DNA of 64,000 nucleotides from NCBI GenBank assembly GCA_033762715.1, contig JANRLL010000007.1, positions 3,902 to 67,901 on the forward strand. The letters run 5' to 3'. Both the position numbers and the translations under genes were made by a program. The notes beneath the pieces were generated by a model. The model was given only the letters and a program-made list of their open reading frames with translations. It made no database searches and had not been told where the DNA came from. The DNA comes from Rickettsiales bacterium (GTDB lineage Bacteria; Pseudomonadota; Alphaproteobacteria; Rickettsiales; SXRF01). Each line of letters starts with the position of its first letter. Within the stretch, counting starts at the first letter, position 1. Positions 10,719 to 19,542 of the stretch are shown piece by piece.

Positions 10719-12080
10719 ATGACATTTACCCTCGCTATTGTTGGTCGTCCTAACGTTGGAAAATCAACGTTATTCAATCGCCTAACCGGTAGAAAGCGGG
10801 CCTTGGTCGACGACCAGCCTGGGGTGACGCGCGACCGCCGCGAAGGCGAAGGCAATATCGCCGGACTTCTGTTTCGCGTGTTGGATACGGCTGGTTTGGA
10901 ACAGGCTGAAAAAGGCTCGCTGCAGGCACGCATGACTAATTTTTCCGAACAAGCCATCGAAGAAGCCGATGTCAGCTTGATGGTCGTCGATGGCCGCGCC
11001 GGCATTACGCCTACTGATGAGCATTTCGCCAAGCTGATTCGCCGTAAAGGCAAGCCCACGATTCTGGCCGTCAATAAAGTCGAAGGCAAACAAGGCCGCG
11101 ATACCATTGCTGAAGCGCACCGCCTCGGGCTGGGCGAGCCGATTGCGATTTCCGCTGAGCAAGGCGAGGGGCTGGGCGAATTATTGGAAGCGCTACTTCC
11201 TTTTGCCGGTGGGGTATTGCCCGAGGAGCCGGAAGAAGAAGTCGAAGAGGATGAGGTAGAAATACCGATGCAAATCGCGCTGGTGGGCCGTCCTAACGTG
11301 GGCAAGTCCACCTTGTTTAACCGCATTCTGGGCTATGAGCGCACTCTCACCGGACCGGAAGCAGGCATCACCCGCGATTCGATCATGGTCGATTGCGAAT
11401 TTGGTGGGCAAAAGCTCAAGCTGGTCGATACGGCCGGTATGCGCAAACGCGCCAATGTCACCGATAAGGTCGAAAAAATGGCGACCAGTGATACGCTGGA
11501 ATCGATTCGTTATGCGCATGTGGTAGTGTGGGTGATTGACGCGCAGCAGCCACTTGAGAATCAGGATAACCATATTGCCGCCCATGTCGAAGAAGAGGGC
11601 CGCGCCATGGTGTTGGCTGTCAATAAATGGGATTTAATCGAAGATCAGGCGGCCTATTTGAAAGCCATTGAGAAGCGCTTGGCCTCGGTATTGCATCAGG
11701 CCAGCGGCATCACCGTGGTGCCGATTTCGGCGCAGCGCGGCATGAATGTCGAAAAGCTGCTGAAGGCTTGTTTTCATACCTATAAGCTGTGGAATAAAAA
11801 GCTGGGCACGGGTGAGCTGAACCGTTGGTTGGAGATGACCCTGGAAGGCCATTCGCCGCCGTTGGTTAGTGGTCGTCGCATCAAGATCCGCTATATGACG
11901 CAAAAGACCGCGCGTCCGCCAACCTTCCTGCTCTTTTCCAACACCGATGACATTCCCGAGCATTATCTGCGCTATATGGTGAAATCGATGCGCGAGTACT
12001 TCAACTTGCCGGGGGTGCCAATTCGCATTAAAATCCGCAAGAACAAAAACCCCTACAAAAACAAGAAAGCAGACTCATGA
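10719..12080 (+). CDS. der: ribosome-associated GTPase Der/EngA
   Basis: Two tandem GTPase domains (GRPNVGKSTLFNR twice; DTAG twice; NKVE/NKWD) plus a KH-like C-terminus. Confidence 0.95.
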   Translation: MTFTLAIVGRPNVGKSTLFNRLTGRKRALVDDQPGVTRDRREGEGNIAGLLFRVLDTAGLEQAEKGSLQARMTNFSEQAIEEADVSLMVVDGRAGITPTDEHFAKLIRRKGKPTILAVNKVEGKQGRDTIAEAHRLGLGEPIAISAEQGEGLGELLEALLPFAGGVLPEEPEEEVEEDEVEIPMQIALVGRPNVGKSTLFNRILGYERTLTGPEAGITRDSIMVDCEFGGQKLKLVDTAGMRKRANVTDKVEKMATSDTLESIRYAHVVVWVIDAQQPLENQDNHIAAHVEEEGRAMVLAVNKWDLIEDQAAYLKAIEKRLASVLHQASGITVVPISAQRGMNVEKLLKACFHTYKLWNKKLGTGELNRWLEMTLEGHSPPLVSGRRIKIRYMTQKTARPPTFLLFSNTDDIPEHYLRYMVKSMREYFNLPGVPIRIKIRKNKNPYKNKKADS

Positions 12081-13012
12081 GTCTTGCCATTGAAATCAAA
12101 GACCTCAAAAAAACCTATAACGATAAAAAAGGCGGTCAAAAAGTAGCGCTCAAAGGCGTAAGCCTGGAAGTGCCGCGCGGCTCGTTTTTTGGCCTCTTGG
12201 GCCCTAATGGCGCCGGCAAATCGACGATGATTAACATCATGGCTGGGCTGGTGCTTAAAACCAGCGGCGAGGTGAAAATCTGCGGCTATGACCATGTGGC
12301 GGATATGCGCAAGGCGCGCAAATCGCTCGGTGTGGTGCCGCAGGAATTGATGCTGGATACGTTTTTCACGGTGCGCCAAACACTTGATATTCATGCTGGC
12401 TATTATGGCGTGCCGAAAGCCGAGCGCCGCACCAACGATATTATTGAAGCGCTGGGACTGGCTGATAAGGCCGATATTAATTCGCGCCGCCTCTCAGGCG
12501 GTATGCGTCGTCGCCTGCTGGTGGCCAAGGCCTTGGTGCATAATCCGCCGGTGTTAGTGCTTGATGAACCCACGGCCGGCGTGGATGTGGAACTGCGCAC
12601 GCAGCTGTGGGGTTATGTGCGCAAACTCAATCAGCAAGGCACTACGGTGCTGCTTACCACCCATTACCTCGAAGAAGCCGAAAAACTCTGCGACAGCATC
12701 GCAGTTATCAATCATGGCGAGCTGGTGGCCTGTGATAAGAAAAGCAATTTGATGCGCAGCTTTGACAGTAAACAGCTGGTGCTCACACTGGCTGCACCGG
12801 CAGCGGAAATACCCTCGGCGCTCAGCGGATTTTCCTGCCAGCTCGATGAGAAGGGCCGTTTGATTATCAGCTATCAACCGAGCAAACATATGGTCGGTGA
12901 TATCTTGGCAGCAGTGCATATGGCCGGACTCAGCGTGCAGGATATTTCCACCCGCGAAGCAAGCCTTGAGGATGTATTCGTACATCTAACCAGCGCTAAA
13001 CAGGCAGCCTAA
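12077..13012 (+). CDS. ABC transporter ATP-binding protein (ABC-2/CcmA-like), no adjacent permease
   Basis: Walker A GPNGAGKST, signature LSGGMRRR, Walker B VLVLDEPT. Its ATG overlaps the der stop (ATGA). Confidence 0.85.
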   Translation: MSLAIEIKDLKKTYNDKKGGQKVALKGVSLEVPRGSFFGLLGPNGAGKSTMINIMAGLVLKTSGEVKICGYDHVADMRKARKSLGVVPQELMLDTFFTVRQTLDIHAGYYGVPKAERRTNDIIEALGLADKADINSRRLSGGMRRRLLVAKALVHNPPVLVLDEPTAGVDVELRTQLWGYVRKLNQQGTTVLLTTHYLEEAEKLCDSIAVINHGELVACDKKSNLMRSFDSKQLVLTLAAPAAEIPSALSGFSCQLDEKGRLIISYQPSKHMVGDILAAVHMAGLSVQDISTREASLEDVFVHLTSAKQAA

Positions 13013-14212
13013 GTGGCCTCTATCGCCGCGCCGCTACGCCTGAAAAAAGGCCAGGAACAACTCATACGCGATGGCTATCCCTGGATTTATAGCAGCGATA
13101 TGATCGAATCATCCGAATTGCTATTACTGCCTGCGGGTAGTTTGGTTGCTATTGAAACCCATAAGGGCGAGCGCTTAGGGGTTGGTTATTATAATGCCAA
13201 ATCCCCCATTGCCTGCCGCGTATTGGCGCTGGGTACGGCGATGATCGATGAAACGTTTTTTGCCACACGTTTGGCGCACGCACTGGCTCGCCGCGCACCT
13301 ATTGGCATTCCGTATTACCGGCTGGTGCATTCGGAAGCCGATTTTTTGCCAGGCCTCCTGGTGGATCGCTTTGGCGATATTCTCGTAGTGCAGGTGGGCA
13401 CGGCCGGTATGGAGCAGCTCAAACCGCTCTGGCTTGCGGCCTTGGACCAGCTGTTGGCACCAAAAGCGATCGTGCTGCGCAATGACACCTCTGCGCGTAC
13501 GGTGGAGGGATTGTCGCAAGAGGCGCGCATTGAAAAAGGCGAGGTGCCGGCGTTAGTGGAGGTGATTGAAAATGGCTGCGTATTTTTTGCCGATCTGATG
13601 AAGGGGCAAAAAACCGGCTGGTTTTACGATCAACGTGATAACCATGCGCTGATGGCTGCGCGCGCATCGGGAAAAACCATGCTCGATGTCTATGCGCATG
13701 CGGGCGGCTTTGGTATTCAAGCAGCGCTTGCTGGCGCCACGCAGGTTGAGATGGTTGATAGCTCGGCGCTGGCTTTGTCGCTGGCCGAGAAGGCAGCTGT
13801 GCGCAACGGCGTGGCAGCGCGCTGTAACTACCGCCAGGGCGATGCGTTTGCGCTGATGCAATCCTTGCAGCAAGAAGGCAAGCACTATGACATGGTCTGT
13901 GTCGACCCACCGGCTTTTGTGAAACAGAAAAAAGATTTGGCTTCCGGCCTTAAAGGCTACGAAAAAGCCACGCGCTTGGCCGCGCCGTTGGTGGCACCTG
14001 GCGGATTGCTATTTGTCGCCTCCTGCTCGCATCATGCCACGCGGCCTAAGTTTAATCAGGCAGTGCTTTCAGGCGTCAAAAAAGCAGGCTATAGCGCCAA
14101 AATTATCCAGCAAACCGGCGCGTCGCTCGATCATCCGCGCCATCCTAAATTAGCGCAGAGTGAATATCTGAAAGGGATAGTGCTGGAAATTGCGCCAGCG
14201 GCTACGCTATAG
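13013..14212 (+). CDS. class I SAM-dependent rRNA methyltransferase (RlmI-like, PUA + MTase)
   Basis: 399 aa with a GTG start directly after the ABC stop. N-terminus LRLKKGQEQLIRDGYPWIYSSDM is RlmI-like. SAM-binding segment VYAHAGGFGIQAA and the motif DPPAF are present. Confidence 0.8.
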   Translation: MASIAAPLRLKKGQEQLIRDGYPWIYSSDMIESSELLLLPAGSLVAIETHKGERLGVGYYNAKSPIACRVLALGTAMIDETFFATRLAHALARRAPIGIPYYRLVHSEADFLPGLLVDRFGDILVVQVGTAGMEQLKPLWLAALDQLLAPKAIVLRNDTSARTVEGLSQEARIEKGEVPALVEVIENGCVFFADLMKGQKTGWFYDQRDNHALMAARASGKTMLDVYAHAGGFGIQAALAGATQVEMVDSSALALSLAEKAAVRNGVAARCNYRQGDAFALMQSLQQEGKHYDMVCVDPPAFVKQKKDLASGLKGYEKATRLAAPLVAPGGLLFVASCSHHATRPKFNQAVLSGVKKAGYSAKIIQQTGASLDHPRHPKLAQSEYLKGIVLEIAPAATL

Positions 14213-14233
14213 TTTGAAAAAAAGGTATAGCTG

Positions 14234-14671
14234 ATGGGACGCATACTGCTTACTCTAACGATTATTGCCATCTCGCCTTTTGTGGCGCTGAGTGTGGCGA
14301 TTGCTATGGGCCATTATGCTGAGCCCGCCCAGGCGCTCATGACGTTATTTAGCTATGCGGCCGTTATTATCACCTTTACGGGCGGCATCCATTGGGGCAT
14401 TGCTATCCAGCAATATAGTAAAAATACCCGTGTCGCTAATACGCTGGCGCTGGAAAGCATTGTGCCAGTAGCGATCGCCTGGAGCCTGGTCTTTTTCCAT
14501 GCTTATCATATTCAGCTGCTCATATTGAGTCTGGTCTTTACCTTGATTTGGGTGGTGGATAGTTTGCTCTATAATATGAACATCATCCCGCAATGGTTTT
14601 TCACCATTCGCTGCGTGGTCACGCCGATCATGCTGGCTTCTCTCTATATCGTCTATTTCGGCATTATTTAG
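14234..14671 (+). CDS. small polytopic membrane protein (DUF3429-like)
   Basis: 145 aa with four hydrophobic segments. The FTGGIHWGIAI motif is recalled from DUF3429 proteins. Confidence 0.5.
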   Translation: MGRILLTLTIIAISPFVALSVAIAMGHYAEPAQALMTLFSYAAVIITFTGGIHWGIAIQQYSKNTRVANTLALESIVPVAIAWSLVFFHAYHIQLLILSLVFTLIWVVDSLLYNMNIIPQWFFTIRCVVTPIMLASLYIVYFGII

Positions 14672-14680
14672 AGCACTCTT

Positions 14681-15595
14681 TTAACGTGTGCGTGTGTGTT
14701 CGGTAGCGCGTGCCGATTGCGGTGCACCCAAAGCGGGTAGCGGCTCGACGGTGAGTTGCGTCGGGCGTTGCGCTTCGGGAATAGATTGCCATTGCTGCAT
14801 GAATTGCTGTGCATAGTTGACGGTAGGATCACCGCCTACGGTGCGCACATAACTAGCCTCAATACCTTCATTGCGGCCGGTAGCTAACCCAAAGCAGCCG
14901 AACGTGCCTACTACATTGCCGTCAGGATGTATGCCGATTGCATCGCGGCCATTGCCAGGGTTATCGGTTTGTAGCCAGAAGCGCGAATTTGCATTGCCCG
15001 CTTCCCAACCCAGCGCATTGTCGCGTGCGACCTGCGTCCCGAATTTTTGCTCGGTAATATCATAGACGCGGTCGGTTTGGGTCCAATTCGGATTAAATTC
15101 GGGAATAGCGCCATTGCCACTTGCACCGGAGATAAAAGGATATTCACGGCGCGTGCGCTCTCCAGCCGCATTGGGTGGACTTTCCAAGACCAATACACCC
15201 ACTATGCGCAAATGATTGGCATCACGGTAATGAAAATCACGCGGTTCAGCGGTTAGTCGCCAGTGATCGGTAGATGTTGCTTCGGGTGATGCGGCTGCTG
15301 GCGTGGTGGTGGGGGTTGCGACGGTTTTCACCGCTGCCGGTGCGGCTGCTTGTGTGCGGATTGCTTGCGCTGCGGTTTGGGCTTTCAGCACATTAAAATG
15401 CGTATCCACTATTACGCCATTAGCGGTGAGGTTATTAGCCTTTTGGAATTTGATAACGGCCTGCTCGGTGCTGGAGCCAAAATCACCATCAGCGTTAAGC
15501 GCGTTGCCTTTCGCGTTGGTGTAACCCAGCTGATTCAGCATGCGCTGCAATTCAGCCACTTGAGGGTTATCTTTCATGCCGATTTTTAGTTCCAC
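14681..15595 (-). CDS. peptidoglycan-binding domain protein with Tlde1/YkuD-like (L,D-transpeptidase-fold) C-terminal domain; no signal peptide
   Basis: N-terminal PG_binding_1-like repeat (VAELQRMLNQLGYTNAKGNALNADGDFGSSTEQAVIKFQKANNLTANGVI). Ala/Pro/Thr linker. C-terminal layout ISGASGNGAIPE...YDI...GRDAIGIHPDGNVVGTFGCFGL, with a His-Cys pair. Confidence 0.5.
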   Translation of the reverse strand: MELKIGMKDNPQVAELQRMLNQLGYTNAKGNALNADGDFGSSTEQAVIKFQKANNLTANGVIVDTHFNVLKAQTAAQAIRTQAAAPAAVKTVATPTTTPAAASPEATSTDHWRLTAEPRDFHYRDANHLRIVGVLVLESPPNAAGERTRREYPFISGASGNGAIPEFNPNWTQTDRVYDITEQKFGTQVARDNALGWEAGNANSRFWLQTDNPGNGRDAIGIHPDGNVVGTFGCFGLATGRNEGIEASYVRTVGGDPTVNYAQQFMQQWQSIPEAQRPTQLTVEPLPALGAPQSARATEHTRTR

Positions 15596-15796
15596 GCGCT
15601 GCTCACCAAAGACTTATGAACGTTATATTATAGCGTAAAAACGTTAAAATAATACGTACTAACTGTCAGCGCTCCCACCCGAGCCGCTAAAAATATCATT
15701 TATATACATATGGTTGTATTCTGTCACAAAAATTTCATTACTTAATAAAACGACATGCTAGCATCGCGTCATACTTTACTAGCGAAGGAGAAAACC

Positions 15797-16204
15797 ATGC
15801 TCAAGGAATTCAAACAATTTATCTCACGCGGGAATGTGGTGGATTTAGCAGTGGGTATTATTATGGGCGCTGCTTTCACCGGTATCGTCAATTCCCTGGT
15901 GGGCGATATCATCATGCCACCAGTCGGCAAGCTTGCGGGCGGGCTTGATTTTTCCAATTATTTTATCAACCTCTCCGATGGCAGCTATGCCACGCTTAAA
16001 GCCGCTAAAGAAGCAGGGGCTGCTACTATCAATTACGGCATTTTCCTCAATCAGGTGCTGAATTTTCTGATTGTATCCTTTGCCGTATTCGTCCTGGTTA
16101 AGCAGGTGAATCGCTTCCGTCGCCAGGAAGATGCCAAGCCGGTGGTGCCTGCGCGTAGCGAAGTGCTGCTGGAAGAAATCCGCGATTTGCTGAAGCAAAA
16201 ATAA
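15797..16204 (+). CDS. mscL: large-conductance mechanosensitive channel
   Basis: Starts MLKEFKQFISRGNVVDLAVGIIMGAAF, with SD aaggag 7 nt upstream of the ATG at 15797. The ORF-track extension to 15755 was trimmed. Confidence 0.95.
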   Translation: MLKEFKQFISRGNVVDLAVGIIMGAAFTGIVNSLVGDIIMPPVGKLAGGLDFSNYFINLSDGSYATLKAAKEAGAATINYGIFLNQVLNFLIVSFAVFVLVKQVNRFRRQEDAKPVVPARSEVLLEEIRDLLKQK

Positions 16205-16211
16205 GCGAGGC

Positions 16212-16231
16212 GTGGTGGGACCGAGAGGAGT
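16212..16231 (-). repeat. 20-nt duplicate of the 3' end of tRNA-Arg (att-like direct repeat)
   Basis: gtggtgggaccgagaggagt at 16212-16231 is identical to 16331-16350. The second copy comprises the 3' half of the T-stem, the 3' strand of the acceptor stem, CCA and one flanking base of the tRNA gene. Confidence 0.8.
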
Positions 16232-16331
16232 GATGATGGTCTGCTGACCATCACCCTACGGGCGCGATGCGTCCAATTTTTCTTCCTGAAAAATTGACGA
16301 ACCTTGTTCGACTTTATTGAGGCTGAATAGG

Positions 16332-16408
16332 TGGTGGGACCGAGAGGAGTCGAACCTCCGACCTAGAGTTTAGGAAACTCTTGCTCTATCCAACTGAGCT
16401 ACGGCCCC
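16332..16408 (-). tRNA. tRNA-Arg (anticodon CCT)
   Basis: Reverse complement GGGGCCGTAGCTCAGTTGGATAGAGCAAGAGTTTCCTAAACTCTAGGTCGGAGGTTCGACTCCTCTCGGTCCCACCA folds by hand into a 77-nt cloverleaf. Features: 7-bp acceptor stem, GCTC/GAGC D-stem, AGAGT/ACTCT anticodon stem, loop TTCCTAA, TTCGACT T-loop and encoded CCA. Confidence 0.9.
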
Positions 16409-16442
16409 AGGATATGTGCAGTAACGGGTGACGCCGCTTGCG

Positions 16443-17078
16443 TTAAGACGCTTTGGCGGTTGATTTTTTCTCGAGGGCTTCTTTGGATTTGGTTTCCAGC
16501 TGACTGATCAGTTGATCAATGCCTTTTTCATTCAACACTGTGCCAAATTCAGCGCGTTGCGTGGTAATCATACTCACGCCTTCGATGATAATATCGAAAA
16601 TACGAAAGCCGGCTTTTTCCTTACGCAGGCGATAATCCAGCAAAATAGGCTCTTGCGCATTTTCGCTAGCTTGAATTTCCATGCTCACCGTATATTCGTC
16701 ATTACCCTCATCATGGGCGCCGGTTATTTTAAATTTGCCGCCTGTATATTCGGTGAAGCGCACCGCATAGTGACGCACGATAAACGTGTCATAGGCGCTT
16801 AAATAACGCTTCTTCTGATCGTCGGTTGCTTTACGCCAGTGTGCACCCATTACGAAGCGCCCTACCCAGGCGGTATCGACGTTATCGGAAAAAATTTTCT
16901 CCAGCTTGGCTTGGCGGCTGGTTTTATTGAGCTTTTGGTTGGCAATGGTATCGAGCGTTTGGTTGGCTACTTTTTGAATATAGGCGCTGGCATCATCGGC
17001 AGATGTGGCATAGGCTGCACCCGAAAACAACGCGCAAGCCGCGCAAAGAGCGGATACAAAACGAACGAGATGGCGCAT
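16443..17078 (-). CDS. mlaC: phospholipid-binding periplasmic protein MlaC (Ttg2D family)
   Basis: 211 aa with signal peptide (ALCAACALFSGAAYA). Ttg2D-like segments FSDNVDTAWVGRFVMGAHWRKAT and GFRIFDIIIEGVSM. Its start shares 1 nt with the mlaA stop (TAATG). Confidence 0.75.
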   Translation of the reverse strand: MRHLVRFVSALCAACALFSGAAYATSADDASAYIQKVANQTLDTIANQKLNKTSRQAKLEKIFSDNVDTAWVGRFVMGAHWRKATDDQKKRYLSAYDTFIVRHYAVRFTEYTGGKFKITGAHDEGNDEYTVSMEIQASENAQEPILLDYRLRKEKAGFRIFDIIIEGVSMITTQRAEFGTVLNEKGIDQLISQLETKSKEALEKKSTAKAS

Positions 17079-17857
17079 TACTTGGCTCCGGCTACAGCAG
17101 CAGTTTTCACAGGCGCGGATTTGTTAGCAGCCAATTTTTGCTTGGCGCGGCGAATATCGGCAGCGCGTTTTTGCAAGAAGCCACTGCGGAAGGTCGCATA
17201 TGGATCCAACGAATTGGTGAAGATATCTTCAAACAGCTTGTCGTTGTTCGAGCGCGTATCCACGATGGTAACAGCCGCAACCGTATAGGCTATGCTATCA
17301 TCGGTGTAGCTGATTGGGTTCATAGCGATATCGCCCAGGCGGCCAACGCCATCGCGGATGCTAGACGGGCCTAAGAGCGGCAACACTAAATAGGGACCAG
17401 ACTCGAAGCCATAGACGCCGAGCGTTTGGCCGAAATCGGTTTTACGGTTGGTAAGGCCTGCGGTGGTTGCTACGTCAAACAGACCGCCCACGCCCCACAT
17501 GGTGTTGACGGCAAAGCGCCAGAAGGTGGCAAAGCTGTTTTGCACATCGCCTTGCAAGATCGAGTTACCGAGCACAACAGGCGCGTACAAGTTTTCTACG
17601 GCATTGCTGACCATTTCCTGGCCTTTATTCGGCATCACGCCTTGATATACAATCACGATAGGTTTCAGGATCAGCACGTCAACCACGCGGTTGAAACCGA
17701 AGATCACGCGGTTAAGCGGTTCCAGCGGGTCGTTATCAGCGGCTTGATCGGCTTGGGTCTTAGGATCTTGCGGGATTTTGGTGCAGCCGGCTGCGCTTAA
17801 GAGAGCACAACCCAGTAAGGCCGCAAGGCCTAGGCGCTTAAAAGAATCGAAACGCAT
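17078..17857 (-). CDS. mlaA: VacJ/MlaA family lipoprotein
   Basis: Lipobox LLSAAGC. Contains DPLEPLNRVIFGFN, NSILQGD and NTMWGVGGLFDVA, typical of MlaA/VacJ. Confidence 0.85.
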   Translation of the reverse strand: MRFDSFKRLGLAALLGCALLSAAGCTKIPQDPKTQADQAADNDPLEPLNRVIFGFNRVVDVLILKPIVIVYQGVMPNKGQEMVSNAVENLYAPVVLGNSILQGDVQNSFATFWRFAVNTMWGVGGLFDVATTAGLTNRKTDFGQTLGVYGFESGPYLVLPLLGPSSIRDGVGRLGDIAMNPISYTDDSIAYTVAAVTIVDTRSNNDKLFEDIFTNSLDPYATFRSGFLQKRAADIRRAKQKLAANKSAPVKTAAVAGAK

Positions 17858-18044
17858 CGTCAGTAACTCCTGAATAGTATCGCTTGGTTATCCTAAATTA
17901 ACGCAAAGCTATTAAACTTTTATAAACTTGACTGGAGAGCCATTATCAGTTTTCTGTAAGCAATGTATAGGGCTAAACTAAGCAGACAGCGGGCTAATTG
18001 TGGATTATGCAGGGCTGTTGCAAAATTGTAACAGGAAATAATAA

Positions 18045-18899
18045 ATGACATTTTCCGTCTCATTTGAGTTCTTTCCGCCTAAATCGCCGGAAATGGAGCA
18101 AAAACTATGGGAAGCCCTAACGCAGCTTTCGCCCCTTTCGCCTAGTTTTGTCTCGGTTACCTATGGCGCCGGTGGCAGCACACGGGAGCGCACCCACCAT
18201 ACGGTTAAACGCATTATCGAAGAAACTTCGCTGAAGCCAGCCGCACATCTGACCTGCGTTAATGCCAGCCGTGAGGCGGTTGACCAGGTGGCGCGTGCCT
18301 ATTGGGACGTTGGGGTTCGCCATATTGTGGCGCTGCGCGGCGATCCGCCGCAAGGCCAGAGCGATTACGCGCCGCATCCAGAAGGGTATGTCTATTCTTC
18401 GCAGCTGGTGGCGGGCTTGAAGCGCATCGCCGATTTTGAAATCAGCGTGGCGGCTTTTCCTGAGAAACATCCGCATTCGGCAAGTTTTGAGGCGGATTTA
18501 GACTATCTAAAGCAAAAAATCGATGCAGGTGCGACCCGTGCCATCACCCAGTATTTTTTCGATGTGGCGCATTATGAGCGGTTTTTGGAGCGGGCGCGCA
18601 AAGCCGGCATCACCATCCCCATCGTGCCCGGATTGCTGCCGATTACCAATCTGGCGCAAGTGCTGAAATTTAGCGCCATGTGCGGCGCGTCGGTGCCGGA
18701 TTGGGTGCAGCAAGCATTTGTCGGACTTGAGCAAGATGTGCCCGCGCGCAACCAAAAAGCGATCGAGATTGCCGTGGAGCAAGGTGAAAAACTGCGCGCA
18801 TTAGGCGTCGAGCATCTGCATTTTTATACCTTAAATCGTGCCGACCTCACGCAAGCCATTTGCGCACGGTTGGGTGTTACAACACCCGTTCAATCTTAA
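18045..18899 (+). CDS. metF: 5,10-methylenetetrahydrofolate reductase
   Basis: 284 aa. Contains FSVSFEFFPPKS, VSVTYGAGGSTR and ALRGDPP, typical of MetF. Confidence 0.9.
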   Translation: MTFSVSFEFFPPKSPEMEQKLWEALTQLSPLSPSFVSVTYGAGGSTRERTHHTVKRIIEETSLKPAAHLTCVNASREAVDQVARAYWDVGVRHIVALRGDPPQGQSDYAPHPEGYVYSSQLVAGLKRIADFEISVAAFPEKHPHSASFEADLDYLKQKIDAGATRAITQYFFDVAHYERFLERARKAGITIPIVPGLLPITNLAQVLKFSAMCGASVPDWVQQAFVGLEQDVPARNQKAIEIAVEQGEKLRALGVEHLHFYTLNRADLTQAICARLGVTTPVQS

Positions 18900-19542
18900 T
18901 AATAACCCGCTGGTTGCGCAGGCGGTTTTCAGGAATGGGTCGGCCTTCCTTATCTAGATTTGGCAAGATTGGCCGCGAGTCTGCATAACCAATGGCTTTA
19001 ATGCGGCGTGCTTCAACGCCATTCTCGGCAAAAAACCGCGCCATGCGCGCCGCGCGCGCCGCCGACAATTCCCAATTCGACGGATAGACCACCGAGTCGA
19101 CCGGCGCATCATCGGTGTGCACTTCGATGGTGACGTAATACTCCATGAAGCTAATTTGCTTGAGTGCCGTCACCATTTCGGCCAGCACCGGCTTTTTGCT
19201 ATCTTCAAATTCAATCGAGTTGGACTGGAAAAAACTGCCGCTTGCTATATCCATATCGATGCTGCGCTCGCTTCTTTCAATCACCACATCGCGCATCAGA
19301 TTGTTGTTTTCAACTACTCCCTGCAATGCCTGAAACGTGCCCAAAAACGGGGTTGATAAATCGACACTGCCGAATTTATTGGCCAGGCCTTGCGTGATTT
19401 CCGAGAATTTATCGCGCTTGGGCTCAGAGACGGAGACGAAAATAATGAAAAAGCACATGAGCAATGTGATCATGTCGGCGTAGCTCATGAGCCATGAATC
19501 AACACCGCTTTCTTGAGGATCCGGTTTGCGCGGAGGGATCAT
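18877..19542 (-). CDS. motB: flagellar stator protein MotB-like (OmpA-type C-terminus)
   Basis: N-terminus SWLMSYADMITLLMCFFIIF (MotB plug/TM with conserved Asp). C-terminal NWELSAARAARMARFF...GYADSRP peptidoglycan-binding motif. 4-nt overlap with motA. Confidence 0.8.
   Translation of the reverse strand: MIPPRKPDPQESGVDSWLMSYADMITLLMCFFIIFVSVSEPKRDKFSEITQGLANKFGSVDLSTPFLGTFQALQGVVENNNLMRDVVIERSERSIDMDIASGSFFQSNSIEFEDSKKPVLAEMVTALKQISFMEYYVTIEVHTDDAPVDSVVYPSNWELSAARAARMARFFAENGVEARRIKAIGYADSRPILPNLDKEGRPIPENRLRNQRVIIKIERVL

Noticed and set aside
10643-11326. 227-aa Ser/Pro-rich ORF antisense to der
   Set aside because: The translation is low-complexity and sits opposite a conserved GTPase gene. 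There is no independent start context.
13175-13910. Several 110-163-aa ORFs antisense to the rlmI-like gene
   Set aside because: They overlap each other and the well-supported plus-strand gene, and no motifs are present.
16234-16253. Hairpin tgatggtc-tgct-gaccatca after mscL as an intrinsic terminator
   Set aside because: It has an 8-bp stem but no following T-run, so it is not called as a terminator. It is noted only as part of the tRNA-flanking segment.
17881-17912. Possible SAM-II-like riboswitch (cgcttgg ... aacgcaaagcta) in the mlaA-metF spacer
   Set aside because: Only a vague resemblance (GCTT / AAAGC pairing) from memory of the motif. It sits about 130 nt from the metF ATG, next to the mlaA start. 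It cannot be supported without a covariance-model scan (Rfam RF00521).
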